The position numbers and the translations under genes were made by a program. The notes beneath the pieces were generated by a model. It saw only the letters and a program-made list of their open reading frames with translations. It was not told where the DNA came from and did no database searches. Positions 1-12,612 of a DNA stretch of 64,000 nucleotides are shown here, one piece after another. This stretch comes from Schizochytrium sp. TIO01 (Eukaryota > Protista > Bigyra: Labyrinthulomycetes). Numbering within the stretch: the stretch's first letter is position 1; every line of letters begins with the position of its first letter. The stretch covers positions 4,688,747 to 4,752,746 of the forward strand of contig SMSO01000037.1 in the NCBI GenBank assembly GCA_004764695.1, written 5' to 3'.

Positions 1-797
1 ACCTCACAGTAGGAGGGGCCAGTGGAGACTTAGAGGGCACAGAACCGACTGTTGAGCAACTGAACATGAAAGATGGATATCCGTGAGAGAGCGTGGGCCT
101 AGTGGAAATCCGACCCAAACGAGGTCACCTTGTCTATCCCGATTCCTAAAAAAGGCGGCCATTGGCACATCGCTGCGCGACTTGCCTCGTCGCGTACCCA
201 ACGTACCCCCTTTGAGCCCTTCCTCGCTGCGTCTCTAAGCGGTTATTTTGTCTGAGGCTCCCAATATCTCGTTTTCTGGTTTCTTTCCTTCTTTTTTCTT
301 CTTTTCAATCAGTATCCCATTCCATCCATACCAGCGGCATCGCGCATCCAGACCAGTCCGAGCGGCGCAGAGAACGACTTAGCAACAAAACGTAGCTACC
401 AGGCCGCGATCTTCGGCAGCTCTGAGACCTAGTCAGTCTTTGCTTCTTCTCTTGTAGCGTTCTGGTCGCGGCGGCTTTGGGTATCGCTTCGTCCTCATCG
501 GCATCTAACGCCATTCGATTGATTCTTACTGCGCGGAAGTCTCGCGAAGACCTCTACAAGCGCAGAGAGGTCACCTCCACGGGTCACAAGTTCTCAAAAG
601 CTGCTGCTGGAGGGCCCTCCCGCGAGACAGGCGGTGTGCAGAGGCCCTCTGCGATAGTGAATCCCAGATTGGGCTTAGCCCTGAAAGTAACATTCGAAAT
701 TTCCAGGTGAAACGTCGCTTCTAAGACGTCTTTCAAGCTTGTTTGAGAACGCGGAACTGCAGTTTAAGACTAGGTCTCTGCCGAACAGATCACAATA

Positions 798-2591
798 ATG
801 TCACGCAACCAGGCTCCGCTTGGGGAGATTGGCCAGAGCAGTATTGCTCAGCACGTGAGTAAGGCAAATGGCAGTGCCAAGCAGCAGCAGCAATTTTGCT
901 GGGACGAGAATGATAATAATTCTGAAAATGTGCGTCATGAGAATGCAGAGAACAACAGCAATGGAGGCAATAATGTGCTCCGCAAGCAGACCGCTCGCAA
1001 GGCTGTGCGAGGCGGAAAGATCTCTAACGGCGTTGGCCGGAGAGCGTCTGTTTCATCTGCATCTTCTGTATCAGTTGCATCTTCGGTGGCATCACCTAAA
1101 GCGATGGCCGCAGCCTCGGCGGCGGCACACAGTCTAAACGGGGTCAGCGGGGAATCTAAAGCAAAGTCACAACGCGCCACGAGGGAGGCAATAGAGAGTC
1201 CCTTGGAGGAGCTGAACACTCTTAGATCCACCAACAAGGAGGACGAGGCGGGAGTGGCTGAGGGCCTTGATCACCCTCACCTCCGCGATATTGAGAGAAA
1301 GCACGATGATGACACGGTGGAGGAGAACGAACCCCTGGCATTCCAGCGTGCAAAGCGCGATATGGGTATTGCGACTGCACGTGTCAAACCGGAACCTGAA
1401 CAGGAATTACAAACACTCGTCGCGGAGCCGCGTAAGAGAACGAGCACAGCAACAAAGGCAAGTCCACGTCTTGAAGAACTCAAAACCACAGCAGAAGCCC
1501 TGGGTACTGATGCACACGGCGCACCAAAGATAGTCTCTGCAGCAAGTACTAGTGAGTCTGATGCCACCAAGACAGGATCCACATGGCGTATTATAGGTCT
1601 TTTGACACTAGCTGCCCTGTTCGGCGCGCTTATCAGTATGATTGTGACTCCACGAGTCGTCGAACAGATGAAACCATCACCCACAATTCCTTTTGTGTCA
1701 AGCAAATCCTTCTTTCACTCCGTTTCGATTGGTGAACCTTTCGAGTTTGAGCTTGACGTCAGTAATGGCTCCCCCCCACTCAAGTTTCAGTGGCGCTTGA
1801 ATGGCGTCAATGTTGCAGGTGCTACAGACTCTATTTTACGCGTACCTAGCGTCACCTTGAGAGACAGCGGCACGTACTCTTGTGTCGTAGAAAATGAAGC
1901 TGGCCGAGTTCTTTGGGAGGAAGGTTATCTGAATGTGATTGAAGGTCAGGAGTCCCGATTCAGTTCTGATGCTTCCAGCCAAGATGCCCATTCTGAAGAA
2001 GACAGCTCAGCTTTTCCCTCTTCCATTCCTATGTTAGCTAGCTCGGCAGAACCGCCTCTCATGCTTGTACCATCATTGCTAGAGCTGGAGGCCCAAGCCA
2101 AGCGAGGCGACTCGACTCATGTTCGTCAAGTTCGCACGTGTTTACTCCGCCAAGCTCCAGATGAAATCATGCGAGCAGCTTCTATTGATGGTGGCGCTGC
2201 GGTCATTGCAGCGGGATATCGAACGGATTTTCTCCAGTGTTTCCCGTCACTTGCGCAAACCCTGCAGCAGGGGCGCTCTGATAAGGAGCTGGCTAGGCAG
2301 CAAGATCAGGCGATCGACATGCTCCGGTCCCTTCATGGAACCTCTAAGAAACGCTCGCTCCTGGTCAATGTTGTCGCTGCAGTTGATGATCTTGCCAAAG
2401 CCAAAATTGCTGCGCAACAGGATAGCACATTGCTTCGCTACTTTGATGACCTCATCTCCCGGGTCGCCTTTCAAGCTGGGTTATATTGCGCTAGTACGCC
2501 AAGGTGCGCATCTACTGCATCTGATCGTACAGGTCTTGACGCACGAACTAGATTTATTAATCTAGTTCTTAGTGCCCTGACTCATGCATAA
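798..2591 (+). CDS. Single-pass (type II-like) membrane protein with long disordered N-terminus, one immunoglobulin I-set-like domain and a helical C-terminal region
   Basis: 597-aa ORF; hydrophobic helix WRIIGLLTLAALFGALISMIV; Ig signature GSPPLKFQWRLNG...ILRVPSVTLRDSGTYSCVVENEAG (C-strand W, DxGxYxC). Confidence 0.8.
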   Translation: MSRNQAPLGEIGQSSIAQHVSKANGSAKQQQQFCWDENDNNSENVRHENAENNSNGGNNVLRKQTARKAVRGGKISNGVGRRASVSSASSVSVASSVASPKAMAAASAAAHSLNGVSGESKAKSQRATREAIESPLEELNTLRSTNKEDEAGVAEGLDHPHLRDIERKHDDDTVEENEPLAFQRAKRDMGIATARVKPEPEQELQTLVAEPRKRTSTATKASPRLEELKTTAEALGTDAHGAPKIVSAASTSESDATKTGSTWRIIGLLTLAALFGALISMIVTPRVVEQMKPSPTIPFVSSKSFFHSVSIGEPFEFELDVSNGSPPLKFQWRLNGVNVAGATDSILRVPSVTLRDSGTYSCVVENEAGRVLWEEGYLNVIEGQESRFSSDASSQDAHSEEDSSAFPSSIPMLASSAEPPLMLVPSLLELEAQAKRGDSTHVRQVRTCLLRQAPDEIMRAASIDGGAAVIAAGYRTDFLQCFPSLAQTLQQGRSDKELARQQDQAIDMLRSLHGTSKKRSLLVNVVAAVDDLAKAKIAAQQDSTLLRYFDDLISRVAFQAGLYCASTPRCASTASDRTGLDARTRFINLVLSALTHA

Positions 2592-3842
2592 TCGCCATTT
2601 CAAACTTTATTGAATCCCAATTCATACTCGCTGTGTACTGTTTTCCGATTTTCTTCTTTGTAACAGGTCTTTGGACTTTTTTCTTTCTCATATCAGTCAT
2701 TATCAGCCTCTTCGCACATTTGCTACCTACATTCTTTCTCAGCCAAATCCCAAAACTTAAAAAGTCGTTCTTACGCGTACGACCCAATATTGGTAATCCG
2801 CCTGACATTTTATTACCAATAAAAACTTTCGCATGAAGCCCTCATTTTTCTCAAGTGCATCTAAATCTTTTTACTGCTTATACCCGTTGATGGCTCTAGG
2901 TTTATTCAAGGTTACTTACTCCTAGTAACCATCACAACAACGTTTTGGTGTGCTCGAGGCATTTCTTTGCAACATGTTTCTCAAAGTCACTCTAGCTAGA
3001 GCCATAATCTTACAAGCGAAATACACCTTTCGTCTGTAGCATATACAGATTTTATATTCTAACAAAGCAAGCTTATTTACTTGTCCATCCGGGAGCGGCC
3101 TTCTAAAACAGAGGTGTAATACTCTCTGTGTACCTGAAGCTGAGATTTTAATCAATGAATACATTCAAGTCAGTGATAGCGGAAGCGAGAAATCAGTTTA
3201 GCTCTTATTTAAACAGGATATACACAGAAGCAGGCGTATTTTAAGAAGTCCAAGCGAACATTTTTCATTTTAATTTGGAGGCCGTAAACTCTATTGTGTC
3301 TATTTGCAAGGGTGTTAGATTGGTTCAACAGCAAGGAAATAAAAAACAAACAAACAGAAGACGAATGGTTTATTTAAAGAACTGTTGCGTAAGAGTAGTA
3401 AATCAAACGCGAGATATGTGGATTCTTGATTCTATGGTGCCGATGCAACTACCATCAAAACGGAAGATTCGTTGTGCACACTTAATGTGTGGCAAATGTG
3501 TATAAGGGAAGAAAGACTTACTCGCACAAGGGGGTATAAAAGCGTCATATGCCTCGATGAGAGAATGATAGTTTTCTTCCTGTCGATCCTCCAAAACCAG
3601 ATTTAACATACGTGTTCTTCTTCACCTCCACACTCAGAGGACTCTTGCTTGTATGTATCAAGTCAAGCTACAGAGCACTGGTGAAAAGGAAACAGGAGTG
3701 AATACAAAGTATTCATTGCTTCCTATCATCTGCAAACCTAGGTTTTGGAAATGTATGTTCAAAAGCTGGCATGCTGCAGCACTTCAACTTACAATTAGTT
3801 ACCTCTATGGGACGGGCTAAACCATATGCAGACTGCAGAAAC

Positions 3843-5310
3843 TTAGCTAAGGACAATCAAACAGCTCGATGGGAAGCCGGCCTTGATCACAGAGGACTGG
3901 ACAGTTTCAGCAAATTTGCAAGATCCACAAACCACCACCCGAAGGCCCGGCTCTAGTGAAGACTCGTCACTAGGGGAGCGCGAGTAAGTTTCTCCAAGAT
4001 GCAAGGCTAACAGATCTTCATTAACACGACTTCCCTCACTACTGAGGACTACGCGGAAGTTTTCAAGCTGTTTGTTAGCCGCAAGTTCCTCACGGAACGG
4101 GACCTCGTCCTCAGTGCGACTAGCAATGACCATGGAGAAAGTAGGAAAGCTAGCAGTCTCATTATGGAGGGCCGCATAGTCTAGAATTTGAAGCATAGGC
4201 ATCACGCCAGTACCTTGGGCTACCATACAGATGTGATCAATGTGTACCTGGGGTTTGGCCCGGCGGAAAGAGGCTGCGCCATAGGCAGCCATGGCAAATC
4301 TACCGTCTACGACTGCAGGCGCGCATGGGCGCCCGTCGAAATTGGACTTTAAGGGACTGATTCTGTTCTTTGATTGATGCCTCGTCATCGACACATCGTA
4401 CAAGACTCGCAGTCATAAGACTATCTGCATAGAGCTTCAGGAAAAGATCAAACTCGCCAGGCCCTGCAGGGGCCCTGCCCAAGATTTCTGACATGGTTCC
4501 TGTCGCAGACCCCGCTGCCAGCATCGGCGTAAAAGGTCTCTCGATCAGCTTTCCGTTAATCTCCTTCATCAACTTTACATAATGTCCTGGCTCACACATG
4601 AGTTGTAGCGTGGCTTCAGAAATATCCTCTACAACCCGAATCCTAATCCAGAAGCAGTGCTCCACCTCGCTAACTTCCGCAGCGACAACTTCACATTTCA
4701 CCCAATCATTAGACTCCATGAATATTTTCTGCTCGGACTCTACAGGACTCGCAGGAGCTTGTGAAGGAGCTTCAGAAATCATTGAAGCCGGCATAGTTCC
4801 TTGAGAGTCTTTTGCAGAAGACCTTCCTGCGACTCGACTCGTAACCCTCGCAAGAAGACCAGCTTTCGACGTTACAGGAGGCCGCACCTGGTCGAGATTT
4901 CGGGTTTGAGTTTGAGGGTTCTGGCCCTGGTTCTCGTCTACGAGCCACCCAACCTCGCAGCCGCTGAGAAGACCCATGCTGACCCAAGGGTGGACTTCTT
5001 CAAAGAGTTTTGTGGCGTCGTCGGCAAGTGCTCTTTCCAGCTCGTCTGCGCCGCCAGGGTGGTAGGGCACGTACCGGGTGACGTTATAAACTTTGCCGTG
5101 AAGTGCCATCCAGAAGTCTTGGCGAAGGCTGTTGTGGGCTCGCACCTCCGCCATTGTGAGAGCGCGAGGACGCTGGCCACGAAGCCCTGCAAGATCATCG
5201 GCCTGGACCATTAGTCGCATCCAGTCCATCTGGCTGAAGCCAGCCCCCAAGGAGACCTTCTTGCCAAGCCCGCGGGCCGGAGCGGGAGTGACGCTACCTC
5301 CCGAAGACAT
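3843..5310 (-). CDS. Cytochrome b5 reductase 4-like flavohemoprotein (cytochrome b5 + FAD-binding + NAD-binding), split by a +1 frameshift near 4341
   Basis: ORF 4300..5310 has KKVSLGAGFSQMDW, WMALHGKVYNVTRYVPYHPGG (b5 heme motif) and RPFTP (FAD). Overlapping ORF 3843..4403 has MVAQGTGVMPMLQI and VVVCGS (NAD domain). Confidence 0.85.
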
Positions 5311-7698
5311 CGAGCAAGTCCCGGAGACCTTCGGACGCTCTAGTGGAAGGCGGTTAATTCAGGGTTCGAGAACTGATCGGCAATTACAGCTTTGCTAACA
5401 CTACGTTTTTGATGGTCTCTTTTGCTCCTGCGAGTTCACTAGTGATGTATGACATATAATAATAAGGGAGTATATTCTATGATTTCTGTGGAATGAATTC
5501 ACTTCCGAGTGACAGCTTCGATATGCAGATTCGCTTTTTACGGATAGATACTAGTCATTGGTTTGACATCCAGAAACCAAAAGTGGATGTGGTCAAACGA
5601 TGGTCAGGAGGGCCAAAACTAAGCTCTAAGCAATGATTCGGCTCGTATAAAATTGCTCGCAGTTTTCATGATTCCGGGAAACTTATATATATAACCTTGC
5701 ACTTTATAGGCAGATGCAGGAGAAACATAAAACTTACGAGCACTTTACTTCCTTGTACTTTTTCCGGGTTCTACTTGTCATCGAATAAAATGCATGGTTT
5801 AATCAACACCCACTACATAGTTGTTTTTTGTTTTTATTTTTGTTTCAAAGGCGGAGAAGCTATTCTTCTGTTACAAGACTCTAGAAATGCAGTCATTATT
5901 TTTATTATATTTATCTGTTCTTGTGACAATCGTGCTTTGGTGAGACAATGAATTTCGAGATTCGCTCGACTTGAACTTCGTTTGCGTGCGAATGTCGCAG
6001 GGAAGCTTCAATCGAAGTTCTAATAACTAAGATGTTGCCAACACCAGACTAAGGAAAGCAGACCCGGCTACGGGCCCGCTTCTGAAAGAAGTAGAAGCTT
6101 TAATGCCATGTCAAGTAGGACTTTTAGGGTACACACAATTAGGTTTCTTAAGTTGGGAAATGCCGGACACCGCTCTTATTCTGCAGTGAGTTGTCCTGAC
6201 GTCACTCGACAGCACCACCTCGACTGCGATGTCGGTGCTTCGACACCAAGTACAGAGTGTAGCACAAACTTTTAAGTCGGCAGGGAACCTGAGAACACAA
6301 GCTGCACACTCCTCAACACAGTGTTGCGTCGACTTCTCCTTCATTATTGCCTCGATCATACAATCGATGACATTCTGGTGTAAAGTACCATTTCGCTAGA
6401 GCAGGTGTATCCAACTGGGGGAATGGCACGCTTCAGAACATGCATGTGCTTTACGCCTCCTCTGTAAATGCAGATCGTTGCGCTCAATTAGTGTCCTTGC
6501 ACGCTTCTACTTCCTGTGGTGCACACCCTGCCTGCATAACCGTGAAGTTGACCAAATTCTGGTAATTGTATTATCCATCGATACTCCCTCGTTCAGACAG
6601 CCACCGCGTTTGTTAGGTACACAATGCAGTCCTTCTGCATTCGTGATGTAGAGTCTTCACATCCTTTGCAATAATTTACACGTTTGTGCTGAAGAAAATG
6701 GGGACTTATCAAAGAGACTCCACCATAATCTTAAAAGCTGGGCTCGTCCACCCGGGATGCGTTTGGGACCAGGTTTCGGAGCTAGCTACAGCCCCGGGAC
6801 CGAGATTTTTCTACCTAATTGAGTTGTGTACTGCGGACGGAATCAACTTCAGCTCAGTTCACAAGACGATGTAGCTCATCATAATGCTGCCGGCGGACTA
6901 TTCCGCAATCCGCTCCGGCAGAGCCTGGAACCATGGACATATTTGACCCACAGACAGCTTAGAAACTAGGTCGCACGTAGTTTTACTAATATCTACGAAG
7001 CGAGTATCTGGGAGACCGAGAAGTCACGCTGGAAACAAAACGACATCCCAACGTAATCAATCTATTCCGAAAAGGGTGGCAGAGTTGGATGAATGCACGT
7101 CTTAAGTGAGCGATTGACTTGATTCATTAATCGTCTTGTTCTGATCGTCTTTTGTTAGGCATTCTCTCAACGTTTTGCCCAGAATAAGCCAGACGATACA
7201 CAGATATCTTCTGATAAACGAAGATAGCATGAATATGCCTAACATGCTCATGAAACTCATCTTGCAAGCGAGCCTGGGTGCTTCCTCCCTAAAATGTGGC
7301 ATTTGCAAGCGCACATAATAAATCAATCATTTCTTTGCGAACCTTCTCATGCCATTTCAGAGGTTTCCCCAAAACAGCAATCAACATCCCTCCGGTAATG
7401 AATGGCGCAATTCATCGGCACGTTTAAACATCGTCTTGAGCTACCCAGCCAGGACCTCCTCATCTTAACTGAAGAGCTTAAGTCTCAGTCTAGGGCGGCC
7501 CCGTACACCTTTCATTGCAAAACAGATCTTGCCTGCGGAGCAGAGATGTAATCCTACTTTCCAAGCATATTGTGATGTCCCTACACCAAACTTATCTCAA
7601 AGTCATGGCATGAAGTATCAGCACCGCTGGCATTTGTATTTAATGTCACACTCTCTATGTTGGCAACGAACTTAATGGTAGAGCGCTGCGCTCTGTTG

Positions 7699-8170
7699 CT
7701 ATTGGTGCTTGGCGTGGTTGGTTTTTCGTTTTACATATCTCTCAAGCATTGTACAGAACCATTCACACTGCGAGAGGACTACGCATAGGACCCAACGATC
7801 TGTTAGCAAGATGTGTGTAAACACAGTATTTGCTTCCCCTTCCTTTTTGATGTCGCGATTACCTGCTGATTTAATCCATGCGTAGATGTACTCCTTGCCG
7901 TTGACTATTTCGGCATGCGCCTTCACCGCTTTAAGCACATGGTCAAAAACGCCTTCCCTGGGTACATGATTGGGCCAAAGTTCGATAATTTTGGCCTTGA
8001 GAAGGGTATCTCCACGTACTTGCTAGGCACCATGGATCGGTTTTGGGTTCGGTGTGTTGTGTAGCTTTTCTTTCTTGGCCATGATAGCTTCCGCTTGCTT
8101 GATGTCATGGGCCTCTATGGCCATTTTTTCTTTCTTTATGGCGTGGGTGTCCTTCTTGATAGCGGCGACG
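7699..8170 (-). pseudogene. Decayed coding remnant of unknown family; may extend towards ~6100
   Basis: One frame reads AAIKKDTHAIKKEKMAIEAHDIKQAEAIMAKKEKLHNTPNPKPIHGA*QVRGDTLLKAKIIELWPNHVPREGVFDHVLKAVKAHAEIVNGKEYIYAW..., ~155 codons with one internal TAG; downstream sequence is fragmentary. Confidence 0.45.
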
Positions 8171-10235
8171 GGGCTGGCAGCAGCAACGGTTTTCCGCTTG
8201 CTCCACTACACATAAGGCAAGCTTCAAAACACCAGCATACTTCAACCTCATTCCTGTTTACATTAATGTCAGAATCAAACCCTTTGAATTAAAGCGACTC
8301 GTGATTCTACTAAAAGGCTCCAGTTTCACTTTAAGTTCTGTTTTGGGATGGGATATTTCATTTTGAAAAAGTCAAGGTCTTAAAGACGGGTAGTCTCTGT
8401 TGACACGGTCCCATGGAGCCAGGACTGCATCATCACAGTTCTTGAAATAACTGAAATGCTGCATTTCACAATGCTGGTCAACGCTTTACAGACATGCCAT
8501 CTTCTTACGCGTTCTTCTTTCGTCCCACTTCATCGAGGAGAAACCGTCGCCCGAAATCCCCTCATCTGTCTGTTCGGGGTTCCTCGCCTTCAAGTCTATC
8601 TATAGTCAAACATACTAATTCAAATAGACTTAACATCAGGTCAACGTGAATCAAAGAGTAATTAAAGGATGGCATTGCTGAAAGAGTTTGCTAGCTCATT
8701 AGATGCAACAGAACGCGCAAGCAAGAAGCCTTTGAAGAAGCGTTCATGATTACATTCTAGTAGGGATTATGTTTGGATACAGTGCCGCTCTGAGCCTTGT
8801 ATCATACCTCTGCTTGGTAAGCCAAATGTCGATAGAAGACCAAAAGCTCTTGAATTGGTCCTTCTATGATGACTTAATGTGGGTACTTTATCCCAAACGA
8901 TGCTCTTCAATACTCGCCAACGTAGGTTTCCCGACTTGAATCATGGAGGCAGCAAAAGACCAAAGTCGAGTCATACAGATAGAAACATTCAAAGCAGCTA
9001 TGAGCAGACACGGGTGTCTAGGTCCATCAAGAAAACCTTAGGAATCTATCTTCGATTCAAAGTTTTGCTCGAGGACTTCTGAAAAGAGAGACTGTTCTTC
9101 AAATTAGCTGGAGCAGTCTCCATTATTTTATGATGCTGCAGCGTCACGTAGCAAAAATAATATTTTTAACTTTACTTTTTTATAAAATTATAAACATGAC
9201 ATGATGATTACCAGCAATACTACCTAGGCCAAGTCTAGGGTAAAAGGAAGTAGCATGTTGAGGCTCGTTCGCGTGGCATCGTGATTGCCGGTACCTTCGT
9301 CGTCGAGGATAGCAAATACATCATGGTCCGCTCCCGCTCTTTGCGCAATGAGTCGACGCTTGAAGACTACGAAGAAATATGAAGGCTCAAGTGCTCGAGG
9401 AGAGGCTTCATTTCACTGATCCCGCGCGTTTGTGCTAAACCTGCTGGAGTGAGGTGCATGATTTAATGACCACTACCTAGTGCCTGTCTAGCGTTTAAAT
9501 TAAGTGTCTTAGTTATATTTATTTAAAAAAAGTTTTAAAAAAAAAAGTACAACTCAAGTTCTATGAACACAGAATACTTATACAGTCCGGGATGCTTAAT
9601 TTAAAGCGATGATGTTCTATCAGCTCTTTAAAAGCAGCGACATCCATTGACAAGCCGAGTCTAGCCCAGCTAGTACTACCCGAAAGCTGACCTGGAGTCT
9701 TTTGGCCCATAGGTTTAGACGAAAAGTCCTCGATTTTCGTTCGATCTTTCTTTATCTCGATCTGGGTTTGGTTTTTGTTACTTCCAGTAGGGTGGCCTTT
9801 CTACTTTAACCGTATATTGGACTAACTAGACTATAAATAGGCCTCGATGCTACCTATCTCCCTTGAGCTAAAAACATACAAATGTATATGTTTAGAATAG
9901 AACTATTGGTAGGCCTACAATGATAAATGTTTTAAAACCCTAAAAACACATTTAAAAACAAACTTCTAATAGAAAACACTACATCAGGAATACTTTTTTA
10001 AAATATACAGTTTCTTTTTTATATGTGATAAGAAGAGATGAAGAACTCGAGTTCAAAACTTGAAGTTCTGTGCAGCAAATCCCAATCAGCGCGGCCTGTA
10101 TTCTTGAACTTCTGCAGGCATCACAGCATCAGCACCGGTTAAAGTAGGATATGCGACACGAGCGAAGGTGGAGATCCGCCCTGGCACCGCAAGACTAAGA
10201 AGATCGAGGTTTGTTTCGTGGGTTGAGAAGGGAAG

Positions 10236-10496
10236 ATGCTGGGAGGCAAAACTCTTCTCCGGCGCCTTAGCGGAGGCAAGCGTAGCAAGAAGAACTCTGC
10301 GGAGCAGCCTTTGAAGAGCACACCAGAGGTCGAAGCAAGACTTGCTAAAATGCAGCCAGTCGCCTCCAACCTGGCGTACGTACCGGTATCAGCGCGTATC
10401 ACACCTGAAGGCCAACAGCCTGCTCGTCGTTCGCAGCCCTTGTGGATGGGAGCACTCGCCCCAGGAAGCTGCTTCGCTGGAGGGCCGGCTCTGTAA
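10236..10496 (+). CDS. Small basic protein, GPA[IL]-tail family copy 1 (subfamily A), 86 aa
   Basis: Ends PARRSQPLWMGALAPGSCFAGGPAL*; paralogous to 14173..14478 with mostly synonymous differences in the tail; aagATG start. Confidence 0.8.
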   Translation: MLGGKTLLRRLSGGKRSKKNSAEQPLKSTPEVEARLAKMQPVASNLAYVPVSARITPEGQQPARRSQPLWMGALAPGSCFAGGPAL

Positions 10497-11902
10497 ATAT
10501 AAGTTACCTATAATCACATGCCCTAAGGCAATTGGCTCAGCACGAGAAGCAAGCGATACAAGCTCGTACAATATGCTTTAGTGGCAGGCATTCTTCATGC
10601 GAAATGGCTCAAGTTTAATCTACTTTGTTGTTGTTTATCTACTTCGCACTGTTTCCATTAGACCAGTTGTGCTAAATTTCGCAGAATAGAAACCTTGTGT
10701 TTCTACTTCATTCCTGTACATCTCCTTTAAATCACTATATCTATTTTCCATCTGAATTACTTCCAAAGCCTATTAATTTTACAACTACAGTAAGGTTTTC
10801 CACCTCCCTTTGTTAAATAGTGAAATCTTGCATGGATGCGCAGCTGATAAGAATTGTCCAAATGCAAAGTTATGGGCCTTGCTCATTTCTGCGTGAATGT
10901 TCATTATCTTCAGTACAATTATAAATCGTCTGAAGAGCGTTGGGCTCGTAAACTCGAAAATCGCATAATCGGTAACTTATAAAATCTTAAGTTACATAAT
11001 GCACAAACCTTCCACAGATGAGTAACCTGCTACTACTGGTTCGGCTGGTCCTGCTCGGCGCCAATTTCAACGGCAGCCATGGGCACGCGATGTCCCACCA
11101 GCTCGAGCTGTCTCCTATACCGAAAGGAACTAAACCAAAATGCTGCATATGTTATTTTTCACAACAGTATATAATTTGGCACACAAGGTCATTTCATTGT
11201 GAAGACCCTGCGCCTTCGAAACTCTCCAAATTTGTCGCAGCAACGGCATCAGAACTTCAACAAGCCCCGAGGAGTAGTAGATAATCCTGTGGACACCTCA
11301 TAAGAAACTACCTACGAGAAGCCAACTAACAACTTCTCAACTCCTCAACTCGATAAACTAAACAACAAATACACATATCTACAGTACAGTAGTCACTATT
11401 CTACTTCTATCAGAGACTTGAAGAAGGTAGAAGGTAGTTTAGCTGCCTTTTTACATCGTTGCATCCTCTCTACCAAAAGCTGACTAAGAGTTCACTAAAC
11501 CCTATTACGCCGCGTGGCCACCCTAGAAAATAAAAAACATTTAAACTATTTATTATCACATTAACGAGACAAACAAAAGAGAAGTTCAGGCCCGCTCGGA
11601 GCGGCTCCAGGCAAGCTCGCGCTCGTGATGATGGAGGCCTTCTTCACATCACAAGCTGTAGAAGGTAAGCAAGTACCTGGCGACCGCCGTGGTCGTATGC
11701 CCCCCTCTCCACAGCTGATGACCTTTCCATCAAAACTGATCAAAGCGAGCGAGAACTTTGAAGGCTGCTGCTTTGGTGAGTCATTCTTCTTCTTATTATT
11801 ATTATCTCGAGCAGAGCAGAGCAAGCGCGCCCGCTATAGTAAACGATAGCCGGGGCTAGCGGCGGCCACCCTACGGAGACGGAAGAAGAGTTCGGAGCGT
11901 GG

Positions 11903-11958
11903 GTCTGTCTGTCTGTGTGTCTGTCTGTTTGACTGTCTGTCTGTCTGTTTGACTGTCT
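11903..11958. repeat. Imperfect (GTCT)n microsatellite
   Basis: gtctgtctgtctgtgtgtctgtctgtttgactgtctgtctgtct... Confidence 0.85.
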
Positions 11959-12186
11959 ATCTTTCTTTCTATTGCAAGATTGCTGTCACTCACTCAGCCC
12001 ATCGCCTCCGCTATCGTGCATCGCTGATGCTTGCTTGCTTGCGTGCGTGCGTGTGTGAAAATCTCCTCGAGGCCGCCGAGATCTCCGTCTGCCGCTGTCC
12101 GCCTGGCGGCGCCTGTTCGCATTCGAGCAGCCGAGCAGCTGATTAACGCAACCTGTGTAAATGTCTCTATCCCTTTCTATCAGTGT

Positions 12187-12214
12187 GTTTGTTTGTTTGT
12201 TTGTTTGTTTGTTT
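12187..12214. repeat. (GTTT)7 microsatellite
   Basis: Direct reading. Confidence 0.9.
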
Positions 12215-12585
12215 GTCTCTCTATAGCTAGATTTAATTGTGAAAAGCGATCGATCTTGAAGCCACCGACTGAGGAGACAAGCGTCTGTCTGTTGCAGGGT
12301 GAAGGCTGAGCCTGCTTGGAGAGCGGCGATGATGCATGACCAGCTCTTCACCGAGGACGGTCTTGGAGTTCAAGTCGATCCTGAAGAGCTCAAGAGCGAG
12401 CGATCTCTCTCGTGCGCAAGAATTCGAATTCCCAGCAGCTGTCTAACCGACCTTCCTTTCAAGTTGAAGGCCTTACTTCTAACAGACTCTTCAAACGAAC
12501 TGCCTACCTACTATTATCCGAAAGCAAAAACCTTTTTTTGAGATTATCTTTTTTAATTTAAAAAACAACAACATTAAGTACCTCT

Positions 12586-12612
12586 TAATAATAATAATAA
12601 TAATAATAATAA
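12586..12612. repeat. (TAA)9 microsatellite
   Basis: Direct reading. Confidence 0.9.

Noticed and set aside
4-514. Short minus-strand ORFs at the window start (305..514, 4..201)
   Set aside because: Could be the 5' end of a divergent gene, but there is no continuous frame, clear splice pattern or homology I can support
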